Shown here: piece by piece, positions 25,660-37,898 of the stretch
How the letters are laid out: each line of letters starts with the position of its first letter
How positions within the stretch are numbered: position 1 is the first letter of the stretch
Source: the human T2T-CHM13v2.0 reference genome, Homo sapiens
Assembly (NCBI RefSeq): GCF_009914755.1
Contig: NC_060947.1
Direction: 5' to 3' (one strand)
Length of the DNA stretch: 64,000 nucleotides
Position numbers and translations under genes: made by a program
Notes under the pieces: generated by a model
Told to the model about the DNA's origin: nothing
The model's input: only the letters and a program-made list of their open reading frames with translations
Databases searched by the model: none

Positions 25660-27319
25660 ACACAATATTATTAACTAAAGTCCAGAATTTACACTGTTTC
25701 ACTTTTATCTGTCCCACGGAGTTTGACCAACGTATAATGCCATCTCTCCGCCACTATAGTTTCAGACAAAATTGTTCCATTGCATTAAAATTCCCCTGTG
25801 CTTCATTTATTGATATCTTATTCTGCTGTAAAACCCTTGACAACAACGGAGCTTTTTATTGTTTCTATAGTTTTGCCTTTTCTAGAATGTCCTGTATTGG
25901 GACTTATACAATATGTAGTCTTTTCAGTGTAGCTCTTATCACTTTAAATATGTACATCTAAGATTCTTTCATGTTTTTTCATAGATTAATAACTTCTTTT
26001 TTTCTCTTAATAATATTCTATTTTATAGATGTGTCTCAGTTTGTCTACTTGCCTGTTGAAGGAAATCTTAGTTACTTCTGGAATTTTTTGGTATTCTGGG
26101 TAAAGCTGCCGTAAATTTTTGTGTGCAGTATTTTGTGAGGACATAAGTTTAACTCAGTACATAAATACTTAAAGTCACAGTTGTTGATTGGTATGGAGAG
26201 GCTATGTTTATCATGGTAAGAAACTGCCAAACTGTCTTCCAAAGTGGCTGTATCATTTCACATTATCTACAGTAATGTGAGTATTGCTCAACATATGTGC
26301 AAGTATTTGATAAACAAATATTTTGGATTTTAGTAATTCCAATATGTATGTAAAGGTGTTTCACTGTTGTTTTAATTTACAATTCCCTAATTATATATGG
26401 TAGTAGCACCTTTACACATGCTTATTTGCATTTGTATATTTTCTTTGGTGAGGTATCTATTTAAAATTTTTGCCTATCTTTTTTAAAAAAGACATGGCTG
26501 TTTCTTATTGTTGTTTTAGGAGATTTTTGTATATTTTGTATATAAGTCTTTTATCAGATATATGTTTGCTAATATTTTCTATGAGTCTGTGGCTTGCCTT
26601 TTCATTCTCTTAATAATTTATTTCACAGAGGACAAGTTTTTTTTATTTAATAAAGTCAAATGTCACATTTTTCTTTCATGAATTATGCTTTAAGTGTTGC
26701 TTCTAAAAACTCATTGCCAAATCCAAGATCATTGAGATTTTCTCCTATATTATTTCGTAGAAGGTTTAGTATTCATTTTGTTTTCTGTTTAAGTCTGTGA
26801 ACCATTTTTAGTTAATATTTGTTAAAGGTGTAACATCATTGTCTAGATTAACTTTTTGCAAATTGACATTAAATTTTTAGCAGTATTTGTTGGAAAGAAT
26901 AACATTTTTTCTTCATTGAATTGCCTTTGTTTTTTTTTTTTGTCAGAGATCAGTTGACTATTTTCATCTGTTTTCATACTATCATCTATTTCTGGCCTCT
27001 CCATTCAGTTCCATACATAAAAGTGTCTGTTATTTTTATCAGTACCATACTGTCTGGATCACTGTAGCTTTTTATGAAGTCTTAGAGTTGGATCATGTCA
27101 GTGTTCCAACTTTGCTATTTTTCAGTGTTTTGTTGATGATTCTGGCTGCTTTGCCTTTCTATATAAATTTAAGAATACATTTGTTGATATTCACAAAAGA
27201 GCATACTAGGGATTAGCATGCTATTTTTAGGATTAGGATTGTCTTGGATATATAGATCAAATTGGAGAGTATGAACTTAACAATATTTAGTCTTCTAATA
27301 CATGGTACATCTGTTTGTT

Positions 27320-27687
27320 CATTTATTAATTTATTTTATGTTTTTAAAATTGTTTTAAGCCTTATTCATATTTAATTGGCAAATAAAAATTGAATATATA
27401 TTTTATAAATATGTATTTTATATGGCACATATACTGTATACAATGTATATACATAGAGTGTATACAATGTGTTCTATTGGTATATGTATACATTGTGAAA
27501 TACTTGCCACAAACCAACGGTTTAACATTCATCACCTCACATAGTTATCTTTTCTAAATAATGAGAACATCTAAAATCTACTATGTTAACAAGTTACAAG
27601 TATATATTATATTTTTAACAATAGTCACCATGTTGCACATTAGATCCCCAAAACTTATTGGTATCATAAGTGAAAGTTTGTACCCTA
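27320..27687 (-). mobile_element. L1MA8/9-type 3' fragment
   Basis: catcacctcacatagttat..atagtcaccatgttgcacattagatc motifs. Confidence 0.65.
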
Positions 27688-27849
27688 AATGGGAAGATAA
27701 TGGTCTATATTTAATTAAATGTATTGTTTATTTTATCAGTTTTGTTGTTTTCCAAAAGTGGATAATGGGCTTAATTTGTTAGTTTTTAATCTAAGTATTT
27801 TATTTTTTGCCAGTGTAAATGATTTTGTGGGGTTTTTTTCCCTTGAGGG

Positions 27850-28205
27850 TTAGGTTTTTTGTTTGTTTGTTTTGTTTTGTTTTTTCTTTACTTTAAGCTC
27901 TAGAATACAAGTGCAGAACTTGCAGGTTTGTTACATAGGTATACATGTGCCATCGTAGTTTGCTGCACCCATCAACCCATCATCTAGGTTTTAAGCCCGG
28001 CATGCATTAAGTATTTGTCCTAATGCTCTCTCTCTCCTTGTCCCCCACCCCCTGACAGGCTCAGGTTTGTGATGTTCCTTCCACTCCCCGTGTCCATGTG
28101 TTCTTATTGTTCATCTCCCACTTAAGAGTGAGAACATGCAGTGTTTGGTTTTCTATTTCTGTGTTAGTTTGCTGAGAATGATGGTTTCCAGCTTTATCCG
28201 TGTAC
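27850..28205 (-). mobile_element. L1PA8-type 3' fragment
   Basis: Motif ctaggttttaagccc..catgcatta..tatttgtcctaatgctctc; T-rich tail. Confidence 0.8.
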
Positions 28206-28420
28206 ATAATTTCAACTTTTAATTATTCATTGCTGGAGTAAAAAAAAGAAGTTGAATTTTATACATAAACTCTATATCTAATAACCTTACTATGTAGAAT
28301 TGCTTATTACATCCTGGAGTTTTTAGTTCCTTTCTTTGTTTGGATCTTTTTTTTAAATGTTCTGCATAAACAATCATGCCATCTAAAAACTAAGAAAACT
28401 TTATTTCTCTCTCTTAAATC

Positions 28421-28570
28421 TGTATATATACAGATTTATATATTTAAACATTTATATATATAGACTATATGTATATATACATATATGCAGAGTATATATA
28501 TATATACAGACTATATATGTGTGTGTGTGTATATATATATATAGATATATATAGTCTGTATATACATATA
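28421..28570. repeat. (TA)n/(TG)n compound microsatellite
   Basis: Directly visible; lies at the left breakpoint of the inverted duplication. Confidence 0.9.
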
Positions 28571-29120
28571 TTAGGAAAGAACAAAGACCTAAAATCAGTA
28601 ACCTAAGTTTCCTTTGAATAAAAGTAGAGAAAAAGGGTTATTTACACCTAAAGCAATTACCAAAATTTTAAGAATTAGAACAGAAAGTAATAAAACCGAA
28701 AACAGAAAATTGAGAAAAATCAACAAAAATAAAATCTGTTACTTTGAAAATATTAATAAAACTGATAAACATCTATCCAAGCTAATCATGATAAAAAGAG
28801 AGAAAGATTAATACCAGAAATGAGAGAGTTGTCATCACTTTTGATTCCATGGACATTAAAATAATAATGAATAAGTTAAAAAACTGTATGCTCAAAAATT
28901 TGATAACTTTTTTTTCTATATACTTTAAGTTCTAGGGTACATGTGCACAACGTGCAGGTTTGTTACATAGCTATACATGTGCCATGTTGGTTTGCTCCAT
29001 TCATTAACTCATCATTTAAATTAGGTATTTCTCCTAATGCTATCCCTCCACCTGCCCCCCACCCCACGACAGGCCCCCGTGTGTGATGTTCCCTGCCCTG
29101 TGTCCATGTGTTCTCATTGT

Positions 29121-32100
29121 TCAATTCCCACCTATGAGTGAGAACATGCAGTATTTGGTTTTCTGTCCTTGTGATAGTTTGCTCAGAATGATGCTTTCCA
29201 GCTTCACCCATGTCCCTGCAAAGGACATGAACTCATCCTTTTTTATGGTTTCATAGTATTCCATGGTATATATGTGCCACATTTTCTTAATCGAGTCTAT
29301 CATTGATGGACATTTGGGTTGGTTCCAACTTTTTGCTGTTGTGAATAGTGCCGCATTAAACATATGTGTGCCTGTGTCTTTATAGTAGCATGATTTATAA
29401 TTCTTTGGGTATATACTCAGTAATGGGACCACTGGGTCAAATGGTATTTCTAGTTCTAGATCCTCGAGGAATTGCCACACTGTCTTCCACAGTGGTTGAA
29501 CTAGTTTACACTCCCATCAACAGTGTAAAAGTGTTCCTATTTCTCCACATCCTCTCCGGCATCTGTTGTTTCCTGACTTTTTAATGATGGCCTTTCTAAA
29601 TGGCATGAGATGGTATCTCATTGTGGTTTTGATTTGCATTTCTCTGATGACCAGTGATGATGAGCATTTTTTCATGTGTCTGTTGGCTGCATAAATGTCT
29701 TCTTTTGAGAAGTGTCTGTTCATAGCCTTTGCCCACTTTTTGATGGGGTTGTTTGTTTTCTCTTGTAAATTTGTTTAAGTTCTTTGTGGATTCTGACCCT
29801 TTGTCAGATGGGTAGATGGCAAAAATTTTCTCCCATTCTATAGGTTGTCTGTTCACTCTGATGGAGTGAACAATGAGATACCACAATGAGATACCATCTC
29901 ATGCCATTTAGAATGGCCATCATTAAAAAGTCAGGAAACAACAGATGCTGGAGAGGATGTGGAGAAATAGGAACACTTTTACACTGTTGGTGGGAGTGTA
30001 AACTAGGGAGTGTAAACTAGTTCAACCACTGTGGAAGACAGTGTGCCAATTCCTCAAGGATCTAGAACTAGTAGTTTCTTTTGCTGTGCAGAAGCTCTTT
30101 AGTTTAATTAGATCCCATTTGTCTATTTTGGCTTTTGTTGCCATTGCTTTTGGTGTTTCACTCATGAAGTCTTTGCCCATGCCTATGTCCTGAATGGTAT
30201 TGCCTAGGTTTTCTTCTAGGGTTTTTATGATTTTAGGTCCAACATTTAAGTCTTTAATCCATCTTGAATTAATTTTTGTATAAAGTGTAAGGAAAGGATC
30301 CAGTTTCAGCTTTCTACATATGGCTAGCCAGTTTTCCCAGCACTGTTTATTAAATAGGGAATCATTTCCCCATTGTCTGTTTTTGTTAGGTTTGTCAAAG
30401 ATCAGATGGTTGTAGATGTGTGGTGTTATTTCTGAGACCTCTGTTCTGTTCCACTGGTCTACATCTCTGTTTTGGTACCAGTACCATACTTAAAACTTGT
30501 AGTATAGTTTGAAGTCAGGTAGCATGATGCCTCCAGCTTTGTTCTTTTTGCTTGGGATTGTTGTGGCTATATGGGCTCTTTTTTGGTTCCATATGAAATT
30601 TAAAGTATTTTTTTCCAATTTTGTGAAGAAAGTCATTGGTAGCTTGATGGGGATGGCATTGAATCTATAAATTACCTTGGGCAGTATGGCCATTGTCACG
30701 ATATTGATTCTTCCTATCTATGAGCATGGAATGTACTTCCATTGTTTGTGTCCTCTTTTATTTTGTTGAGAAGTACTTTGTAATTCTCCTTGAAGAGGTC
30801 CTTCACATCCCTTGTAAGTTGAATTCCTAGGTATTTTATTCTCTTTGTAGCAATTGTGAATGGGAGTTACCTCATGATTTGGCTCTTTGTTTGTCTGTTA
30901 TTGGTGTATAGGAATGCTTCTGATTTTTTCACATTGATTTTGTATCCTGAGACTTTGCTGAAGTTGCTCATCAGCTTAAGGAGATTTTGGGCTGAGATGA
31001 TGGGGTTTTCTAAATATACAATCATGTCATCTGCAAACAGGGACAATTTGACTTCCTCTTTTCCTAATTGAATACCCTTTAGTTCTTTCTCTTGCCTGAT
31101 TGCCCTGGCCAGAACTTCCAACACTATGTTGAATAGGAGTGGTGAAAGAAGGCATCCTTGTCTTGTGCCAGTTTTCAAAGGGAGTGCTTCCAGTTTTTGC
31201 CCATTCAGTATGATATTGGCTTTGGGGTTGTCATAAACAGCTCTTACTACTTTGAGATACGTTCCATCAATACCTAGTTTATTCAGAGTTTTTAGCATGA
31301 AGCGCTGTTGAATTTTGTCAAAGGCCTTTTCTGCATCTATTGAGATAATCATGTGGTTTTTGTCGTTGGTTCCGTTTATGTGATGGATTATGTTTATTGA
31401 TTTGTGTATGTTGAAACAGCCTTGCATCCCAGGGATGAAGCCGACTTGATCGTGGTGGATAAACTTTTTGATGTGCTGCTGGATTCTTTTTGCCAGTATT
31501 TTATTGAGGATTTTTGCATCGATGTTTATCAGGGATATTGGTCTAAAATTCTCTTTTTTTGTTGTGTCTCTTCCAGGTTTTGGTATCAGGATGATGCTGG
31601 CCTCATAAAATGAGTTAGGGAGGATTCCCTTTTTTTTCTATTGATTGGAATAGTTTCAGAAGGAATGGTACCAGCTCCTCTTTGTACCTCTGGTAGAATT
31701 AGGCTGTGAATCCATCTGGTCCGGGACTTTTTTTGGTGGGTACGCTATTAATTATTGCCTCAATTTCAGAACCTCTTATTGGTCTATTCAGAGATTCAAC
31801 TTCTTCCTGGTTTAGTCTTGGGAGAGTGTATGTGTCCAGGAATGTGTCCGATTCTTCTAGATTTTCTTGCTTATTTGCACAGAGGTGTTTATAGTATTCT
31901 CTGATGGTAGTTTGTATTTCTGTGGGATTGGGGGTGATATCCCCTTCATCATTTTTTATTGCATATATTTGATTTTTCTATCTTTTCTTCTTTATTAGTC
32001 TTGCTAGCAGTCTATCAATTTTGTTGATCTTTTCAAAAAACCAGCTCGCTCCTGGATTCATTGATTTTTTGAAGGGATTTTGTGTCTCTATCTCCTTCAG

Positions 32101-32924
32101 TTCTGCTCTGATCTTAGTTATTTCTTGCCTTCTGCTGACTTTTGAATGTATTTGCTCTTGCTTCTCTAGTTCTTTTAATTGTGTTGTTAGGGTGTTGATT
32201 TTAGATCTTTCCTGCTTTCTCTTGTGGGCATTTAGTGCTATAAATTTCCCTCTACACACTGCTTTAAATGTGTCCCAGAGATTCTGGTACGTTGTGTCTG
32301 TGTTCTCATTGGTTTCAAAGAACATCTTTATTTCTGCCTTCATTTCATTATTTACCCAGTAGTCACTCAGGAGCAGGTTGCTCAGTTTCCATGTAGTTGT
32401 ACGGTTTTGAGTGAGTTTCTTAATCCTGATTTCTAATTTGATTGCACTATGGTCTGAGAGACAGTTTGTTGTGATTTCTATTCTTTTACATTTGCTGAGG
32501 AGTGCTTTACTTCCAACTATGTGGTCAATTTTGGAATAAGTGCAATGTGGTGCTGAGGAGAATTTATATTCTGTTGATTTGGGATGGAGAGTTCTGTAGA
32601 TTTATATGAGGTCCACTTGGTGCAGAGCTGAGTTCAAGTCCTGGATATCCTTGTTAACCTTCTGTCTCATTGATCTGTCTAATGTTGACAGTGGGGTGTT
32701 AAAGTCTCAAATTATTATTGTGTGGGAGTCTAAGTCTCTTTGTAGGTCTCTAAGGACTTGCTTTATGAATCTGGGTGCTCCTGTATTGGGAGCATTTTTA
32801 TTTGGGATAGTTAACTCTTCTTGTTGAATTGATCCTTTTACCATTATTTAATGGCCTTTTTTGTCTCTTTTGATCTTTGTTGGTTTAAAGTCTGGTTTAT
32901 CAGAAACTAGGATTGCAAACCCTG

Positions 32925-32959
<35 letters not shown>

Positions 32960-33160
32960 TTCCATTCGCTTGGTAGATCTTCCTCCATCACTTTATTTTG
33001 AGCCTATATGTGTCTCTGCACGTGAGATGGGCCTCCTGAATACAGTACACTGATGGGTCTTGACTCTTTATCCAATTTGCATTCTGTGTCTTTTAATTGG
33101 GGCATTTAACCCATTTACATTTAAGGTTAATATTGTTATGTGTGAATTTGATCCTGTCAT
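29121..33160 (-). pseudogene. L1 ORF2p (endonuclease/reverse transcriptase), fragmented
   Basis: ATG at 33160; RT motifs [18 protein letters not shown] and LFADDMIVY; C-terminus ..MFSLIGGN*; frameshifts, T-run expansion at ~32926-32956 and a 207-bp insertion. Confidence 0.93.
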
Positions 33161-33223
33161 TATGATGTTAGCTGGTTACTTTGCCCATTAGTTGATGCAG
33201 TTTCTTCCTAGCATTGATGGTCT

Positions 33224-34258
33224 TTACAATTTGGCATGTTTTTGAAGTGGCTGGTACCGGTTGTTCCTTTCCATGTTTAGTGCTTCCTTCAGGAGCTCTT
33301 GTAAGGCAGGCCTGGTGGTGACAGTATCTCTCAGCATTTGCTTGCCTGTAAAGCATTTTATTTCTCCTTCACTTATGAAGCTTAGTTTGGCTGGATATGA
33401 AATTCTGGGTTGAAAATTCTTTTCTTTAAGAATGTTGAATATTGGACCCCACTCTCTTCTTGCTTGTAGAGTTTCTGTCGAGAGATCTGCTGTTAGTCTG
33501 ATGGGCTTCCTTTTGTGGGTAACCCGACCTTTCTCTCTGGCTGCCCTTAACATTTTTTCCTTCATTTCCAACTTGGTGAATCTGACGATTATATGTCTTG
33601 GGGTTGCTTTTCTTGAGGAGTATCTTTGTGGTGTTCTCTGTATTTCCTGAATTTGAATGTTGACCTGCCTTGCTAGATTGGGGAAGTTCTCCTGGATAAT
33701 ATCCTGCAGAGTGTTTTCCAACTTGGTTCCATTCTCCCTGTCACTTTTAGGTACTGCCCCTGTCACCAATCAAACGTAGATTTGCTCTTTTCACATAGTC
33801 CCATATTTCTTGGAGGCTTTGTTCATTGCTTTTTACTCTTTTTTCTCTAAACTTCTCTTCTCATTTTATTTCATTAATTTGATCTTCAATCAGTGATACC
33901 CTTTCTTCCACTTGATCGAATCAGCTATTGAAGCTTGTGCATGCATCACGTAGTTCTCCTGCCATGGTTTTCAGCTCCATCAGGTCATTTAAGGACTTCT
34001 CTACACTGTTTTTTCTAGCTAGCCATTCGTCTAGTCTTTTTCAAGGTTTTTAGCTTGCTTGCAATGGGTTCGAACATCCTTCTTTAGCTGGAAGAAGTTT
34101 CTTATTGCTGACCTTCTGAAGCCTACTTCTGTCAGCTTGTCAAAGTCATTCTCCATCCAGCTTTGTTCTGTTGCTGGTGAGAAGCTGTGATCCTTTGGAG
34201 GAGAAGTGGTGCTCTGGTTTTTAGAATTTTCAACTTTTCTGCCCTGGTTTCTCCCCAT
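33224..34258 (-). pseudogene. L1 ORF1p, frameshifted
   Basis: MGRNQGRKVENSKNQ.. and LENTLQDIIQENFPNLARQ..YQPLQKHAKL in different frames. Confidence 0.93.
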
Positions 34259-36775
34259 CTTTGTGGTTTTATCTACCTTTGGTCTTTGGTGCTGGTGACC
34301 TACAGATGGGGTTTTGATGTGTATGTCCTTTTTGTTGATATTGATGCTATTCCTTTCTGTTTGTTAGTTTTGCTGCTAACAGTCAGGTCCCTCAGCTTCA
34401 GGGCTGTTGGAGTTTGCTGGGGTCCACTCCAGACCCTGTTTGCCTGGGTATCACCAGTGGAGGCTGCAGAACAGCAAATACTGCAGAATAGCAAATATTA
34501 CTGCCTGATCCTTCCTCTGGAAGCTTCTTCCCAGAGGGGCACCTGCCTGTATGAGGTGTCAGTTGGCCCCTACTGGGAGGTGTTTCCCAATTAGGCTACA
34601 CGGGGTGTCAGGAACCCACTTGAGGAGGCAGTCTGTTCATTCTCAGAGCTCAAACACCATGCTCGGAGAACCACTGCTCTCTTCAAAGCTGTCAGACAGG
34701 GACGATTGAATCTGCAGAAGTTTCTGCTGCCCTTTGTTCAGCTATGCCCTGCCCCCAGAGGTGGGGTCTACAGAGGCAGCCAGCCTTGCAGAGCTGCAGT
34801 GGGCTCTGCCCAGTTCGAGCTTCCCCAGCTGCTTTGTTTACCTATTCCAGCCTCAGCAATGGCAGACACCCCTCCCCTTGCTAGGCTGCTGCCTCACTGG
34901 TTGATCTCAGACTGCTGCATTAGCAGTGAGCAAGGCTCCATGGGCGTGTGACCCTCCAAGTCAGGCGTGGGATATAATCTCCTTGTGTGCTCTTTGCACC
35001 TTTGAAAAAGTGCAGTATTTGGGTGGGAGTGTCCCAATTTTTCAGATGCCTTCTGTCACGGCTTCCCTTGGCTAGGTAAGGGAAATCCCCCAACCCCTTG
35101 TGCTTCCAGAGTGAGGCAATGCCCAACCCTACTTCAGCTCGCCCTCCATGGGCTGCACCCACTGTCCAGCCAGTCCCAATGAGATGAAGCAAGTACCTCA
35201 GTTGGAAATGCAGAAATCACCATCTTCTTTGTCAGTCACACTAGGAGCTGCAGACCAGAGCTGTTCCTATTCAGCCATCTTCGATAACTTTTATGAAATG
35301 TTCCAATATGTTGACGGACACAAACTTCCAAAAGCCTACACAAAGGAAAAACAAATAATCTGAATAGGCCTATCGGTATTCAAATATTAAATCCATAATT
35401 AATAATCTCACATAATAAAGCACCCTGGCCAAATACTTTCCACTGGTAATTTCTACCAAGCATTTAAGAAAACAATGTTACCAAATCCCTGCAATGTCTT
35501 CCAGAAAACAGAAGCAGAAACGATAGTTCCTAATTTATTCTAGAAGGCCAGTATCGTCTTGCTACCAAAAGTAGACAAGGATACCATAAAAAAAAAAAAT
35601 ACAGACCAATTATCTTTTATAAACATGGAGGTAAAATTCTCAATAAAATATTACAACAGCTAATCAAACAATGTTTAAAAAGAATTACATATTATGTCCA
35701 AGTAAGATTTCCTTCAGGTATGCAAGGCTGCTTTGAAGTCCAAAACTTATTCATCATATATCTTTTTAAAACCTCTCTGCAGTCTAGAAATAAAAAGGAG
35801 CTTCCCCAACATGATAAAGAAAATCTACAAAAAACCAACATGTAATATCAAACTTAATTTTGAGAAACTAGAAGCTGTCCCAATGTAGTCTCATTGGTTT
35901 AGTGAGGACTTCTGGTACAATGTTTAAAATGAGTTCTGAAAGGGGACATTCTGGCCCTGTTCCTGTTATTATAGATTTTACATAATATGTAAGTCTTTTA
36001 TGGAAGACATTGCAGAGATTTGGTACCATTTTTTTTCCTTTGTGTAGGCTTTTGGAAGTTTGTGTCCGTCGACGTATTGGAACATTTCATAAAAGTTATC
36101 AAATTTTTGAGCATATAGTTTTTGAACTTATTCATTATTATTTTAATGTCCATGGGATCAGTAATGATGACAACTCTCTCATTTCTGGTATTAATCTTAC
36201 TCCTTTTTTATCATGATTATCTTGGATAGATGTTTATCAGTTTTATTAATATTTTCAAAGTAACAGATTTTAATTTTGTTGTTTTCAGTTTTATTACTTT
36301 CTGTTCTAATTCTTAAACTTTTGGTAATTGCTTTAGATGTAAATAACTCTTTTTTCTCTACTTTTATTAAACGGAAACTTAGGTTACTGATTTTAGATCT
36401 TTGTTCTTTTCTAATATATACATTCAATGCTGTAAGTGTCCTTCTAAGCACAGATTTTATTGCACCCTACCAATTTGATAAGTTGTAATTTCATTCTAAC
36501 TTACTTTGAAATAAATTTAAATTTTATTTATACTTTTTTGTTTCATGTATTATTTGGATATGCATACAAATCTCCACCTACTTGGAGAATTTTAAAGCTA
36601 TTTTTCTGCTATTGATTTCTACATTAATTTCACAGTAGTCTGAGAACATACCTTGTTTTATTTCTATTCTTTTAAAAATGTTAACGTGTTTTGTAGCACA
36701 GAATGTGCTTTATCCTAAGAAATGTTCCATGTGAGCTTGAGAAAAATGTATCTTCTCATTCTGTTGGAATATATG

Positions 36776-37245
36776 TATATAACTTTAATTTCTGGGATAC
36801 ATGTGCAGAACATGCAGCTTTGTTACATAGGTATACACATGCTATGGTGGCTTGCTAAACCCGTGAACCCATCATCTACACTAGGTATTCTCCTAATGCT
36901 ATCCCTCCCCTAACCTCCCCCACAACAGGCCCCAGTGTGTGATGTTCCTCTCCCTGTGTCCATATGTTCTCATTGTTCAATTCCCACTTATGAGTGAGAA
37001 CATGCAGTGTTTGGTTTTCTCTTCCTGTGTTAGTTTGCTGAGAATGACGGTTTCCCGCTTCATCCATGTGCCTGCAAAGGACATGAACTCATCCTTTTTT
37101 ATGGCTGCATATATTCCATGGTGTATATGTGACACATTTTTTTTTATCCAATCTATCATTGATGGGCATTTGGATTGGTTCCAAGTCTTTGCTCTTGTGA
37201 ACAGTGCTGGAATAAACACATGTGTGCATGTGTCTTTATAGTAGA
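36776..37245 (-). mobile_element. 5'-truncated L1PA7-type 3' end
   Basis: ctgggatacatgtgcagaac..cccatcatctaca; ORF2 C-terminal peptide 36977-37219. Confidence 0.85.
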
Positions 37246-37898
37246 TAATAAATGCATCAGGCAGAAAATTAGTAATGATATTTTTGACCTGATATATTAT
37301 GCATCATTCTGTAATATATTTTTAAGTTCCATTTAAATCCATGCAATAAATAGTTATAATCAGGTTGAAAATGTCATTACTAATTTTCTGCCTGCTGCAT
37401 TTATTATCTACTGAAAGAAGGGTGTGTGTGTTGAAGTCTCCAACTCTAGTCATGGATTCGTCTATTTCTCCTTGCCATTTTACTAGTTTTTTCTACATAC
37501 ATTTTAACTCTCTATTATTAAGTGCATACATATTAATGATTGCTATGTCTTCTTGAAAAACTCTTTTATAATTATGTATACCTGTTTTTATCTTTTATAA
37601 TTTTCTTTTCTCTGGTTTGCTCTGAAATTAATATAGCTACCCTTTCTCTCTCTTTGTTATTGCGAGCATGACATATCTTTCTCTGTTTCTTTACTTTTTA
37701 ATCTACCAGTGCCATTATATTTAAAGGGAGTTTCTTGAAGACAACATCTTATAAATGTTGGGTCCTTTTTTGCTTTTTGTTTTCATCTACTTTGCCAGTC
37801 TCTGTCTTTGATTTAATCTACTTAAACCATTTCATATTTAAAGTGATTATTGATATAGTTGGACTAATGTTTACCATGGCTGTTTTTTAAATTTGCAC

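Larger units (their letters stand above)
28912..35282 (-). mobile_element. Full-length L1PA5/6, both ORFs disrupted
   Basis: 5'UTR 34259-35282 starting AAGATGGCTGAATAGGAACAGCTC (YY1 motif), ORF1, ORF2, 3'UTR; TSD gataactttt (28902-28911/35283-35292). Confidence 0.95.

Noticed and set aside
28912-35282. Retrotransposition-competent L1
   Set aside because: ORF1 frameshifted; ORF2 broken by stops, frameshifts and a 207-bp insertion
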